DNA of 64,000 nucleotides. Origin: a bacterium. Lineage in GTDB: Bacteria; JAAXHH01. The notes beneath the pieces are model-generated. The model saw only the letters and a program-made list of their open reading frames with translations. It did no database searches and had not been told where the DNA came from. Where the stretch lies: contig OZ253560.1 of assembly GCA_965262815.1 (NCBI GenBank), positions 2,868,582 to 2,932,581 on the forward strand, given 5' to 3'. How positions within the stretch are numbered: position 1 is the first letter of the stretch; each line of letters starts with the position of its first letter. The position numbers were made by a program, and so were the translations under genes. Below, in pieces: positions 35,016-42,815 of the stretch.

Positions 35016-36761
35016 ATGTTGACGCCGGTTCGCGTGTTATCTCTCCTCGTAATACTTGGCGCGGCTTCCGCCGGGATCCTTCATGTCCTGGCCAGCGACG
35101 AACCGTCCACGACCTACGTCAACTCCGCCGGTGTCGCGCTGCCCCCCGACGCGGCGCCGCCTTCGGAGCAGTACGTCCGCCTGTTTCAACTGGACAATAC
35201 CTACATGGAGTGGTTCCGTACGATCTACAAGGGGACCTACGGCCACCGGATCATCGCGGAGCCGCTGATCCGTTTCGACAAGGATTTCAACCTGATCCCG
35301 GCGGCCGCGAACAGCTGGGAGCCCACCGACGATGGGCTTGGATGGTATTTCTACCTTCGCGACGACCTGGAGTTTTCGGACGGGAAGCCGCTGACCGCCC
35401 ACGATTTCGTGTTCACCCTGCGCCGCGGCGCCGATCCGGACAACGCCTACGACGTGGAGTGGTATTACCGGCCGATCAAGAACTGGAGCGAGGTCGTGGG
35501 AGGCAGACTGCCCCTCGACTCGCTGGGCGTGCACGCGGTCGACGACTACATCCTGCTGATCGAGACGGACGAACCCTGCGCCTACATGCCGGACCTCATG
35601 GTCGACAGCTGGGTTTCCCCCCAACAGGCGGTGGAGAAGCACGGCGACGCCTGGTCCACCAGTCCTGAGACATCTATCGCCAGCGGACCTTTCTTCCTTG
35701 AGGAGTGGACCAAGGCCGACCAGGTCGTGCTCAAGGCCAATCCGAGGTACCACGGCGCCGCGCGGCCCTACCTGGAAACGATCATCGCAAAGCTGTACAA
35801 CGCGTCAACGCCGCCGCCCCTGCTCGCCTCCTACGAGGCGGACGAGATAGACTTCGCCCTCGTTACGAATCATGCCGAACTCGCCCGGATAAAGACCGAT
35901 CCGAAACTGAGCCGCGAACTGCATTCCTACACAGATTTCGCGACCTACTACCTCACGATGGACACCTACAACCCGCCCTTCGACAACCTCAAAGTCCGCC
36001 AGGCCTTCAGCCACGCCATCGACCGGAATGCCGTCTGCAGCTCCGCGCTGCAAGGCTTCGCGACGCCGGCCTACTCGATGCTGCCGCCCGGTTTCCCGGC
36101 GGAAGCGACCGAAGCGCTGAAGCCCGTCCAGCGATACGATCCCGAACTGGGACGCGAGCTGCTGGCCGAAGCGGGATATCCGGATGGGAAAGGATTCCCC
36201 CGGGTGGAGATGTGGATCCGTCGCGACGTGCAGCCGGTGCACGAAGCGGGCGAGGCAATCCACGCCATGATCAAGCAGAACCTCGGAATCGACCTGGTCG
36301 TACGCAACATCGAGGTCAAGGTCTTCATGGACGCGATCAACAACCACCAGCTTCCCCTGGGTCTGGTCCGTTTCGGGGCCGACTTCATCGATCCCAGCAG
36401 CCTCATGAACCTCTGGCTTTCTTCGGGCCGCCACGCCTGGAAGGACGACCAGTTCAACCTGCTGGTGGTCCAGGCCGGCGGCATCGTCGGCGACTACCGG
36501 GCGCGCATGGACGTCTACCGGCAGGCCGAACGGATCCTGGTGGAGGAAGTGGGCGGCCTCTTCGTGTGGTACCCGACAATGAACCAGATATGGAAATCGG
36601 ACATCAAAGGGGATGCTCTCGAACCGAACCAGCGGGGCTTCCGGTCCTGGCGTGGCGAGCAGATCGGGAACACGGCCTTTACGATCTATATCGCGGAAGA
36701 CGGGGGGCAGGGCATTGAGTCAATCGGGTTCTGGGAGCGGGTATTTGGAGGGGGTGGGTAG
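35016..36761 (+). CDS. ABC transporter substrate-binding protein, family 5 (peptide/nickel/oligosaccharide-binding), orphan
   Basis: Signal peptide plus SBP_bac_5 core. No permease or ATPase genes adjacent. Confidence 0.8.
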   Translation: MLTPVRVLSLLVILGAASAGILHVLASDEPSTTYVNSAGVALPPDAAPPSEQYVRLFQLDNTYMEWFRTIYKGTYGHRIIAEPLIRFDKDFNLIPAAANSWEPTDDGLGWYFYLRDDLEFSDGKPLTAHDFVFTLRRGADPDNAYDVEWYYRPIKNWSEVVGGRLPLDSLGVHAVDDYILLIETDEPCAYMPDLMVDSWVSPQQAVEKHGDAWSTSPETSIASGPFFLEEWTKADQVVLKANPRYHGAARPYLETIIAKLYNASTPPPLLASYEADEIDFALVTNHAELARIKTDPKLSRELHSYTDFATYYLTMDTYNPPFDNLKVRQAFSHAIDRNAVCSSALQGFATPAYSMLPPGFPAEATEALKPVQRYDPELGRELLAEAGYPDGKGFPRVEMWIRRDVQPVHEAGEAIHAMIKQNLGIDLVVRNIEVKVFMDAINNHQLPLGLVRFGADFIDPSSLMNLWLSSGRHAWKDDQFNLLVVQAGGIVGDYRARMDVYRQAERILVEEVGGLFVWYPTMNQIWKSDIKGDALEPNQRGFRSWRGEQIGNTAFTIYIAEDGGQGIESIGFWERVFGGGG

Positions 36762-36777
36762 GGGATGAGATCGATTC

Positions 36778-37017
36778 TCAGACGATATTCAGCATTTTGT
36801 TGGCATAGTCTTTTCCAGCCGTGGGCGACGGAAGGGACCGGCCTTCTTTTCGATACAAATCTATTGTTTCTTCGCAAATCCGGCATAGTTCAGTAAATAC
36901 GTCGCTCTCGTTCTCCCCATGACAACCGCCATAGAAGAGCCCGGGGCAACTTCCAACGTAACAATGGTCTTCATCGGACCACTCTACTATTTTGACGTAT
37001 TGGGAACTCGCCCTCAT
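36778..37017 (-). CDS. HicB-like (UPF0150) antitoxin-fold small protein, no HicA partner found
   Basis: YVKIVEWSDEDHCYVGSCPGLFYGGCHGENESDVFTELCRICEETIDLY matches the HicB N-domain pattern I.E.DEDG.YV..P.LPG....G.T.EE....EAIELY. Lies in a low-GC spacer. Confidence 0.45.
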   Translation of the reverse strand: MRASSQYVKIVEWSDEDHCYVGSCPGLFYGGCHGENESDVFTELCRICEETIDLYRKEGRSLPSPTAGKDYANKMLNIV

Positions 37018-37229
37018 TTTTTTGATTCCTCGATTGCGCCTTTCACGGCCATTTCCTGATCAATTTCGGCATCATCATTTTAAAACAGTGGGAATCTATG
37101 TGTCAAGGAGTTGTCCCAATATACTGGGCTTAGCTGAATTACATGTTTTTTATTTCTGGCGAACGAAACGCCGCTATACCGTGTTGTATTCTTGAAGCCC
37201 GCAGCCAGTCGACGAGCAAAGGACCGCGT

Positions 37230-37790
37230 ATGACCTACAGAGAGGGACGATCCATCGCCCTCGAAATCCACCGTGGAAACCGCGACGCGGTGGCGGACCT
37301 GGTGGCAACCTACGAGGACATTTTGTTTACCTATGCCTTTCATATGCTGGGCGGGTTTGACGACGCGAAGGACATTACGCAGGACGCCTTCGTACGGGCT
37401 TATGTCACGCTCACAGGCAAGTACGACGAGGAGCGTTGCCGGACCCTCGAGATTCGTCCCTGGCTTTTCCGCATCGTCCGGAACCTGGCGTTCAACAGAC
37501 TGCGGGCACGAAAACGGAAAGCGGCTGCGCAGGATCGAATGGCGGTCGAGTTTACAGTCAGCAACTCGGCTCGCGAGCCTTCCGATAACCAGACACGGGC
37601 TCTGCGGCTCGCCCTGGCCGGTTTGGGTGGAGAAAGCAGGGAACTGATCATCCTGCGATTCATCGAGCAGTCCAGTTATGCCGAAATAGCGTCGATAACC
37701 GGATCGTCGGAATCGGCCCTGCGCGGCAAGGTGCACCGCGCCTTAAGAAAACTGCGCAAGCTCATGGAGGATAAACCCCGTGAACTGTAA
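37230..37790 (+). CDS. RNA polymerase sigma-70 factor, ECF subfamily
   Basis: Sigma2 (DITQDAFVRAY...WLFRIVRN) and sigma4 (SYAEIASITGSSESALRGKVHRALRKLR). AAAGGA RBS. Confidence 0.85.
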   Translation: MTYREGRSIALEIHRGNRDAVADLVATYEDILFTYAFHMLGGFDDAKDITQDAFVRAYVTLTGKYDEERCRTLEIRPWLFRIVRNLAFNRLRARKRKAAAQDRMAVEFTVSNSAREPSDNQTRALRLALAGLGGESRELIILRFIEQSSYAEIASITGSSESALRGKVHRALRKLRKLMEDKPREL

Positions 37791-38670
37791 CGAAGCAAGG
37801 CAGTACCTGGATGCCGTGAGGACGGGAGAGGTTGACACCGAAGTGCGCCGGGCCGTGTCGGAACACCTTGAATCGTGTCCCGCATGCCGCGACGAGGCCG
37901 CATCCCTCGCGCGCCTGGCAGAGGGTATAAAGCCACTTAAAATGACCGCCCCAAACGGGATAATGGAAGGAGTAACAGGGATGATCATCGACCGATACGA
38001 TGTCATCGATACGGAGTTCGGACCGGCGCACGTGGGATTCACGCCAAGGGGCATATCCGCGGTAAAGCTCGATGTGGAGGAGGATGGCGTCTTCGAAACC
38101 TATTATGAAGACAGACTGGGGCGGAAGGTGGCACGAGGCAGTTTGCCTGGAAAATACGCAAATGCGGTCAGGAAAGCGATCATGGGCGAGAAGAACATCC
38201 CGCCGCCGGTCACCCTCGAGGGTTTGACCGGATTCGAACGGACCGTCCTGGAGCACCTGGCCAAGATACCGCTCGGCGAGGTACGGCCCTACGCCTGGCT
38301 GGCCCGGGAGGTGGGCAGGCCGAAGGCGATCCGGGCCGTCGGCACAGTCATGGCGCGAAATCCCGTGCCCTTCTTGATGCCCTGCCACCGGCTGGTACCC
38401 TCGGTGGGCGGCGTGGGGAACTACTATTACGGCCCGGAGATGAAATTGACGCTGCTGGAACGGGAGGGGATCGCCAGGGAGGATCTCGCGAATTGGAAAC
38501 AACGCGGCGTTCGCTTCGTCGGCAGCCGTACGACCGGTATTTTCTGTTATCCGACCTGCCGCGACGCCCGTCGCATCCAGCATCGGCATCGCCTGGAATT
38601 CACCAGTGCCGATGAGGCGACAGCAAACGGTTGCCGGCCGTGCAAGCACTGCCGGCCGTTAGCGACGTAG
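37780..38670 (+). CDS. Anti-sigma factor (zf-HC2/ZAS N-domain) fused to O6-alkylguanine-DNA alkyltransferase (Ogt N+C domains) and a C-terminal Ada-type Cys4 zinc methyl-acceptor domain
   Basis: GTG start overlaps the sigma stop by 11 nt. MNCNEARQYLDAVRTGE...VSEHLESCPACRDE is HxxxCxxC. TVLEHLAKIPLGEVRPYAWLAREVGRPKAIRAVGTVMARNPVPFLMPCHRLV carries the PCHR active site. RTTGIFCYPTCRDARRIQHRHRLEFTSADEATANGCRPCKHCRP matches E. coli Ada residues 31-74 (RTTGIFCRPSCRARHALRENVSFYANASEALAAGFRPCKRCQP). Confidence 0.8.
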   Translation: MNCNEARQYLDAVRTGEVDTEVRRAVSEHLESCPACRDEAASLARLAEGIKPLKMTAPNGIMEGVTGMIIDRYDVIDTEFGPAHVGFTPRGISAVKLDVEEDGVFETYYEDRLGRKVARGSLPGKYANAVRKAIMGEKNIPPPVTLEGLTGFERTVLEHLAKIPLGEVRPYAWLAREVGRPKAIRAVGTVMARNPVPFLMPCHRLVPSVGGVGNYYYGPEMKLTLLEREGIAREDLANWKQRGVRFVGSRTTGIFCYPTCRDARRIQHRHRLEFTSADEATANGCRPCKHCRPLAT

Positions 38671-38731
38671 ATTCCGAACCACCTCCAGCGTTTATCCAGA
38701 TCCGCTTCTGCCGTAGATACATTGTATATAC

Positions 38732-39565
38732 CTAGCGGTTCCGAGGCGGAATGTCGTCACCCGCCGGCCGAGGCACGGGTCTCCAGTAACCCGAGGGATC
38801 GCTGCCCCGGCAGACGAGGGCCTGGTGGTATTCCGGATTGCGGCCGCGAACGTCGGGCGGTAAATATCGTATCGTCAAACCGCAGCGGCGGCGGTTGGAT
38901 ACATTTGGTTCGGATCCGTGCAACAAAAGGTCGGTGTGAATGGAAATCTGGCCCGCCTTCATGACAAAGGGTACGGGGGACCCGCCCCACCTGTCCGGAT
39001 CGAGGACGGTCTGCCCCAACACGTTTCGCTCCGCCTTCGTGCTGTTTTCGAACGGGATCTGGCCGTGCCGGTGAGAGCCCGGGATCACCGTCATGGGCCC
39101 GTTCTCCTCGTCCACGTTGTCGATGGCCAGCCAGATCGTTACCACCTTGCTCGGGGTGAGCGGCCAGTACGAAGCATCCTGGTGCCAGCTTACCTTTTTA
39201 ATGTCCCCGGGCATCTTGCAGAAGTAATGGGTCATCTCGCAGATCAGCGTCTCGCCGACCAGGTCTTCGGCGTAGTCCAGGATCCTGGGCGTCATGGCCA
39301 GGTCGTAAATGCCCCTGCAATGTCTCTGCCAGCCATTGATCGAGTAGCTGTTGTATCCCTCTTTCTCGGCCCGAGCCATCATGTCTTCAAAGTACAAGCG
39401 GTTCGCCTCCGCCTCCTGGGGCGTGAAAACGTCCAAGGGGCACAGGTACCCGTTTTCATTGAAAAAAGCAATCTGATCGGGCGTTAACGTCTTCGGATGT
39501 TCGTTTCGCACCGGGAAAAACCGCAGTTCCCGTTTCATTTCGGGCAAGGCATCGGTTATGGGCAT
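38732..39565 (-). CDS. Phytanoyl-CoA dioxygenase (PhyH) family oxygenase
   Basis: SWHQDASYWPL...IWLAIDNVDEENGPMTVIPGSH...VSNRRRCGLTIRYLP. Paralog of 4085..4858. Start trimmed to an internal Met. Confidence 0.8.
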   Translation of the reverse strand: MPITDALPEMKRELRFFPVRNEHPKTLTPDQIAFFNENGYLCPLDVFTPQEAEANRLYFEDMMARAEKEGYNSYSINGWQRHCRGIYDLAMTPRILDYAEDLVGETLICEMTHYFCKMPGDIKKVSWHQDASYWPLTPSKVVTIWLAIDNVDEENGPMTVIPGSHRHGQIPFENSTKAERNVLGQTVLDPDRWGGSPVPFVMKAGQISIHTDLLLHGSEPNVSNRRRCGLTIRYLPPDVRGRNPEYHQALVCRGSDPSGYWRPVPRPAGDDIPPRNR

Positions 39566-39683
39566 AAAGTGACCCCGGTCGATGGCACGGACTGTGATGG
39601 ATGGCCTGTCAGATGATCGCGACGGTAAATATAGCGGCACAAAACGCTTGAGACAACCCTTTGCATCGGTTAAATACCCCTAC

Positions 39684-40523
39684 ATGGACGACAAAACGAT
39701 AAAGGCGCTTTCCACCCTCGACCTCGTGCCGGGCGCGTCCGTCGAAGAGGTGAAGAAATCGTACCGCGAACTTGCGCTGATATGGCATCCGGACAAGGTC
39801 CCCGCCCAGGTGAAAGACCGGGCGACGACAAAGTTCACGGAGATCAACGAGGCGTACCAGTGGCTCGTCCGGAACCCGGATCGACTGAAGGCATCCGCTA
39901 CCTTCGGTTCATCTTCCACCCGGCAGTCGCCACCCCGTTATCGTTCGGCGCGGGGATCGTCAGAGGGACGCGCGGGTGGGGCCCGCACTGACCGGGCACG
40001 AACCGGTGCCTCCAGCCAGTCGGGATCGGGTGCCTCCAGCCAGTCGGGATCGGGTGCCTCCAGCCAGTCGGGATCGGGCGCCTCCGCCGACCCGGCTGTC
40101 CAGCGCATACGAAGGGCCGCGCAAGGAACCTGGACCGATGCCGGTTCGGGCCTGTACGTCTACCCCGATATCGATGCAGACCGGGCCGCTAACTTCGTCG
40201 TATCGCTGCAGCAAAATGCCCTCTTCAAAGGCGCGGCCTCAACGGTGAACGACCTGCTGGTTTTCTACGATATCGACGGATCCGGCGAAGAAGGCATGGC
40301 CATCACCCGGTCGAACCGCCTGGTCAACAACAACGTATCGGCGTCTTACGACATCGGCGATCTGGAGGAAGTCAGGCTGAAAGAGGGGTTGTTCTGGAGC
40401 GAGATCGTGGTGCGGAGACGGGGGCAAAATCGTTTTGAAAGGGTGGGATACGTGGAGAAGTCTCCCGGGCGGGCGCTGGCGAACATTCTGCAAAAGCTGG
40501 TCGCCGAAAATATTGCCGCTTGA
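39684..40523 (+). CDS. J-domain (DnaJ-like) protein with Ser/Gly-repeat linker and C-terminal PH-like domain
   Basis: YRELALIWHPDKVP...INEAYQWL is a canonical J-domain with HPD. Then (GASSQSGS)x3, then a roughly 130-aa domain of unknown function. Confidence 0.65.
   Translation: MDDKTIKALSTLDLVPGASVEEVKKSYRELALIWHPDKVPAQVKDRATTKFTEINEAYQWLVRNPDRLKASATFGSSSTRQSPPRYRSARGSSEGRAGGARTDRARTGASSQSGSGASSQSGSGASSQSGSGASADPAVQRIRRAAQGTWTDAGSGLYVYPDIDADRAANFVVSLQQNALFKGAASTVNDLLVFYDIDGSGEEGMAITRSNRLVNNNVSASYDIGDLEEVRLKEGLFWSEIVVRRRGQNRFERVGYVEKSPGRALANILQKLVAENIAA
40005..40076 (+). repeat. Perfect 3x24-bp tandem repeat (GGTGCCTCCAGCCAGTCGGGATCG)3 plus degenerate 4th copy, encoding (GASSQSGS)n
   Basis: Seen directly. 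100% nucleotide identity among the three copies. Confidence 0.7.
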
Positions 40524-40543
40524 GGTCATCGCCGGGAGCGAAC

Positions 40544-41227
40544 TCACACCGGCCACGCCTCCTTCCGATACCCCATGTCCCAGAACATCCACTCGTACCG
40601 GCTGGTCGTGATGTAATGATGGAGCATGGCTTCCCGGTCTTCCGCGGGAAGTCCCCGGGCGATCCGGTTCGTGATTTCGAGGACGGCCACTACGCACTCG
40701 GCGAACTGATCGCCGGCGTAGGTGTCTATCCATTGTTGATACATTGGGTCCGGAGATCCCCGTTCCGCCAGCGCCTTGCCCACCTCCCAGTAGATCCAGT
40801 AGCAGGGAAGCACCACGGCCACGACTTCGTGAAAGGGACGGGCGTAGGCCACCGATAACAGGTAACTCGTATAGGCCTGGCAGACGGGCGCCTTGGGCGT
40901 CGCCCACACTTGTTCCGCCGATAGCCCAAAGACGTCGAAGAAGTTCTCCTGCATGGCCCGTTCTTCCACGAGGCATCCCTTGGCGTGTTCGTTGAAGAGG
41001 ATGATGGTTTCTTCATCCGGCGCCTTGACCGCGGCAAGGCTCAGCGCCCGGGCATATTCCTTGAGGTAAAGCGCGTCCTGGACGGTATAGAATTCGAAGG
41101 CCGCGCGGTCGAGGTTGCCCGAGGTCAGTCCCGTAATGAAGGGATGGACCAGGATCGCATCGTAAATGGACGCTGTCTCCGACCACATGAGATCTGTGAT
41201 GTGCGTGTTGGCCGTGGTGGTGGTCAT
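40544..41227 (-). CDS. tenA: TenA family aminopyrimidine aminohydrolase (thiaminase II) / TenA-PqqC heme-oxygenase-like fold
   Basis: 227 aa, TenA_Thi-4 pattern ...VLPCYWIYWEVG...YEWMFWD. ATGA overlap with the upstream PhyH. Confidence 0.8.
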   Translation of the reverse strand: MTTTTANTHITDLMWSETASIYDAILVHPFITGLTSGNLDRAAFEFYTVQDALYLKEYARALSLAAVKAPDEETIILFNEHAKGCLVEERAMQENFFDVFGLSAEQVWATPKAPVCQAYTSYLLSVAYARPFHEVVAVVLPCYWIYWEVGKALAERGSPDPMYQQWIDTYAGDQFAECVVAVLEITNRIARGLPAEDREAMLHHYITTSRYEWMFWDMGYRKEAWPV

Positions 41228-42009
41228 CCGGTCATCACACTCTGGTCGGCGACCCGCACATGAGCCGTGTAGTCATCGCACCGAAAGTAGGCGCCGTCCA
41301 GGTTGTCGGTTTCGGTGGTCACTTTGGCGGTGACCCAGTGCGTCGCGTAGCCGCGCCGCCAGCGATTCGAGGAGTTGCTCCGGGACGAGTGCAGGGTCTC
41401 CGAATGGTGGAAGACCACGCCGCCCTTGCACACCGGCGCGGCGGCCTCATTCTCCCACTCGATCAGGTCGTCCGGAGGGGCAAGGTTGTAAGGCTGACCG
41501 GGAACCTCCACGTGATCGATGATCCCCTTCTTGTGTGAACCGGAAATGTAACGGAGGCAGCCGTTCTCCTCGTCCACGTCGTCGAGGGCGATCCAGGCCG
41601 TGATCACGTGGTCTCCCGGCGTGCACCGGAAGTAGAAGTTGTCCTGATGGTAAGGCTTCTCCGACCCGAACCGCGGCGGTTTCATAAAGAGTTGGTCGCT
41701 CTTGAGCAGAGGTACTTCACCGGTAATCCGACGGAGAATGTCTCGAAGCCGGATGTCCAGGGCGAAGTTTCGGAACACCGTGTGACGCAGGTAGGGGCTA
41801 TCGATCTTTCGCGGCGCGGTTTCTCCCGATTCGGAGACGTCCAGTGAGTACCCCGCCATGGTTTCATGCTCGGTAATGTTTTCGCCGATTTCCAGGGCGA
41901 GCCGGGCCACCTCGTCGGATTCTTCCGCGGTGTAGACGCCCTCTACCACCACCCATCCCCGGTCGTGGAACTGTCTGACCTGGTCTTCGCTGATCATTCT
42001 GTCATCCAC
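41224..42009 (-). CDS. Phytanoyl-CoA dioxygenase (PhyH) family oxygenase
   Basis: FHDRGWVVVEG...PYHQDNFY...AWIALDDVDEENGCLRYISGSH. Confidence 0.8.
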   Translation of the reverse strand: MDDRMISEDQVRQFHDRGWVVVEGVYTAEESDEVARLALEIGENITEHETMAGYSLDVSESGETAPRKIDSPYLRHTVFRNFALDIRLRDILRRITGEVPLLKSDQLFMKPPRFGSEKPYHQDNFYFRCTPGDHVITAWIALDDVDEENGCLRYISGSHKKGIIDHVEVPGQPYNLAPPDDLIEWENEAAAPVCKGGVVFHHSETLHSSRSNSSNRWRRGYATHWVTAKVTTETDNLDGAYFRCDDYTAHVRVADQSVMTG

Positions 42010-42766
42010 TCCGCAGTGTATCCAGGTTTTGCTGCAGGACGCGCAAGCCGTAGCCCATGGGCGTACCGACGTTGATGTAGCGGTATCCCCACTCGATTTT
42101 CTCCTGTATATCCTGTACGTCGTCCAGCGTCGTCCCCGCCATGATCCCGGTGCCTTCCAGGCGCTTTGGCACGTCGCGGAGGACAGATTGCACCTCGGGG
42201 GAATCGTTCTGCGTTATCACGCCCAGCGTGGCGGAAAGATCGGTGGGACCGACGAAGAGCACGTCGATGCCTCGGACCTGCGCGATATCGTCGAGGTTGT
42301 CGTAGGCTTCCTTGCTCTCGATCTGGAGCACGAGCACGGTCTCTTCGTTGGCCGTTCGGATTACCTCGTTGAAATCCAGGTCCGCCAGCATCGCCCAGTA
42401 CGGGGATATGCCCCGCTGCCCCTCGGGAGCGTAACGGGCATACCGGACGGCCCTTTCCGCCTCTTCGACCGTATTGACCTGGGGGACCATGACCGCCACG
42501 GCCCCGATGTCATAGGCCTTCTTGATCAGCGCGGGATCATTCGAGGCGACGCGGATCATGGGTGCGACGCCCCGCTGCCGGGCGATCACCGGAACCATGT
42601 CGAGGTCTTCTATGCCGAAGGAGGAATGCTCGGTATCGATCCACATGAAATCGATATCGGCACCGGAGACGGCCGCGGCGGTGAACGAGGTAGGCGCGGG
42701 CAGCACCGTGCCCAGCAGCAGGGCGCCCTCACGGATGCGCTGCTTTAACGGGTTGGGATACTTCAT
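42002..42766 (-). CDS. HpcH/HpaI family aldolase (2-keto-3-deoxy-acid aldolase/citrate-lyase-beta-like)
   Basis: LLGTVLPAP...MWIDTEHSSFG...VMVPQVNTVEEAERAVRYARYAPEGQRG is the TIM-barrel HpcH fold. Confidence 0.8.
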   Translation of the reverse strand: MKYPNPLKQRIREGALLLGTVLPAPTSFTAAAVSGADIDFMWIDTEHSSFGIEDLDMVPVIARQRGVAPMIRVASNDPALIKKAYDIGAVAVMVPQVNTVEEAERAVRYARYAPEGQRGISPYWAMLADLDFNEVIRTANEETVLVLQIESKEAYDNLDDIAQVRGIDVLFVGPTDLSATLGVITQNDSPEVQSVLRDVPKRLEGTGIMAGTTLDDVQDIQEKIEWGYRYINVGTPMGYGLRVLQQNLDTLRSG

Positions 42767-42815
42767 CTGGTTTGGTTGCCCTTCTATAGCATGCTGCCGG
42801 TGGTTGGCTATCCGC

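Noticed and set aside
36686-36886. 66-aa minus-strand ORF overlapping the HicB-like gene, considered as HicA partner
   Set aside because: Different frame overlapping hicB. Pro-rich translation with no HicA (dsRBD-like, GSH) motifs.
37080-37736. 218-aa minus-strand ORF opposite the ECF sigma gene
   Set aside because: Antisense. Its C-terminal part in the spacer was checked for HicA-like sequence and none was found.
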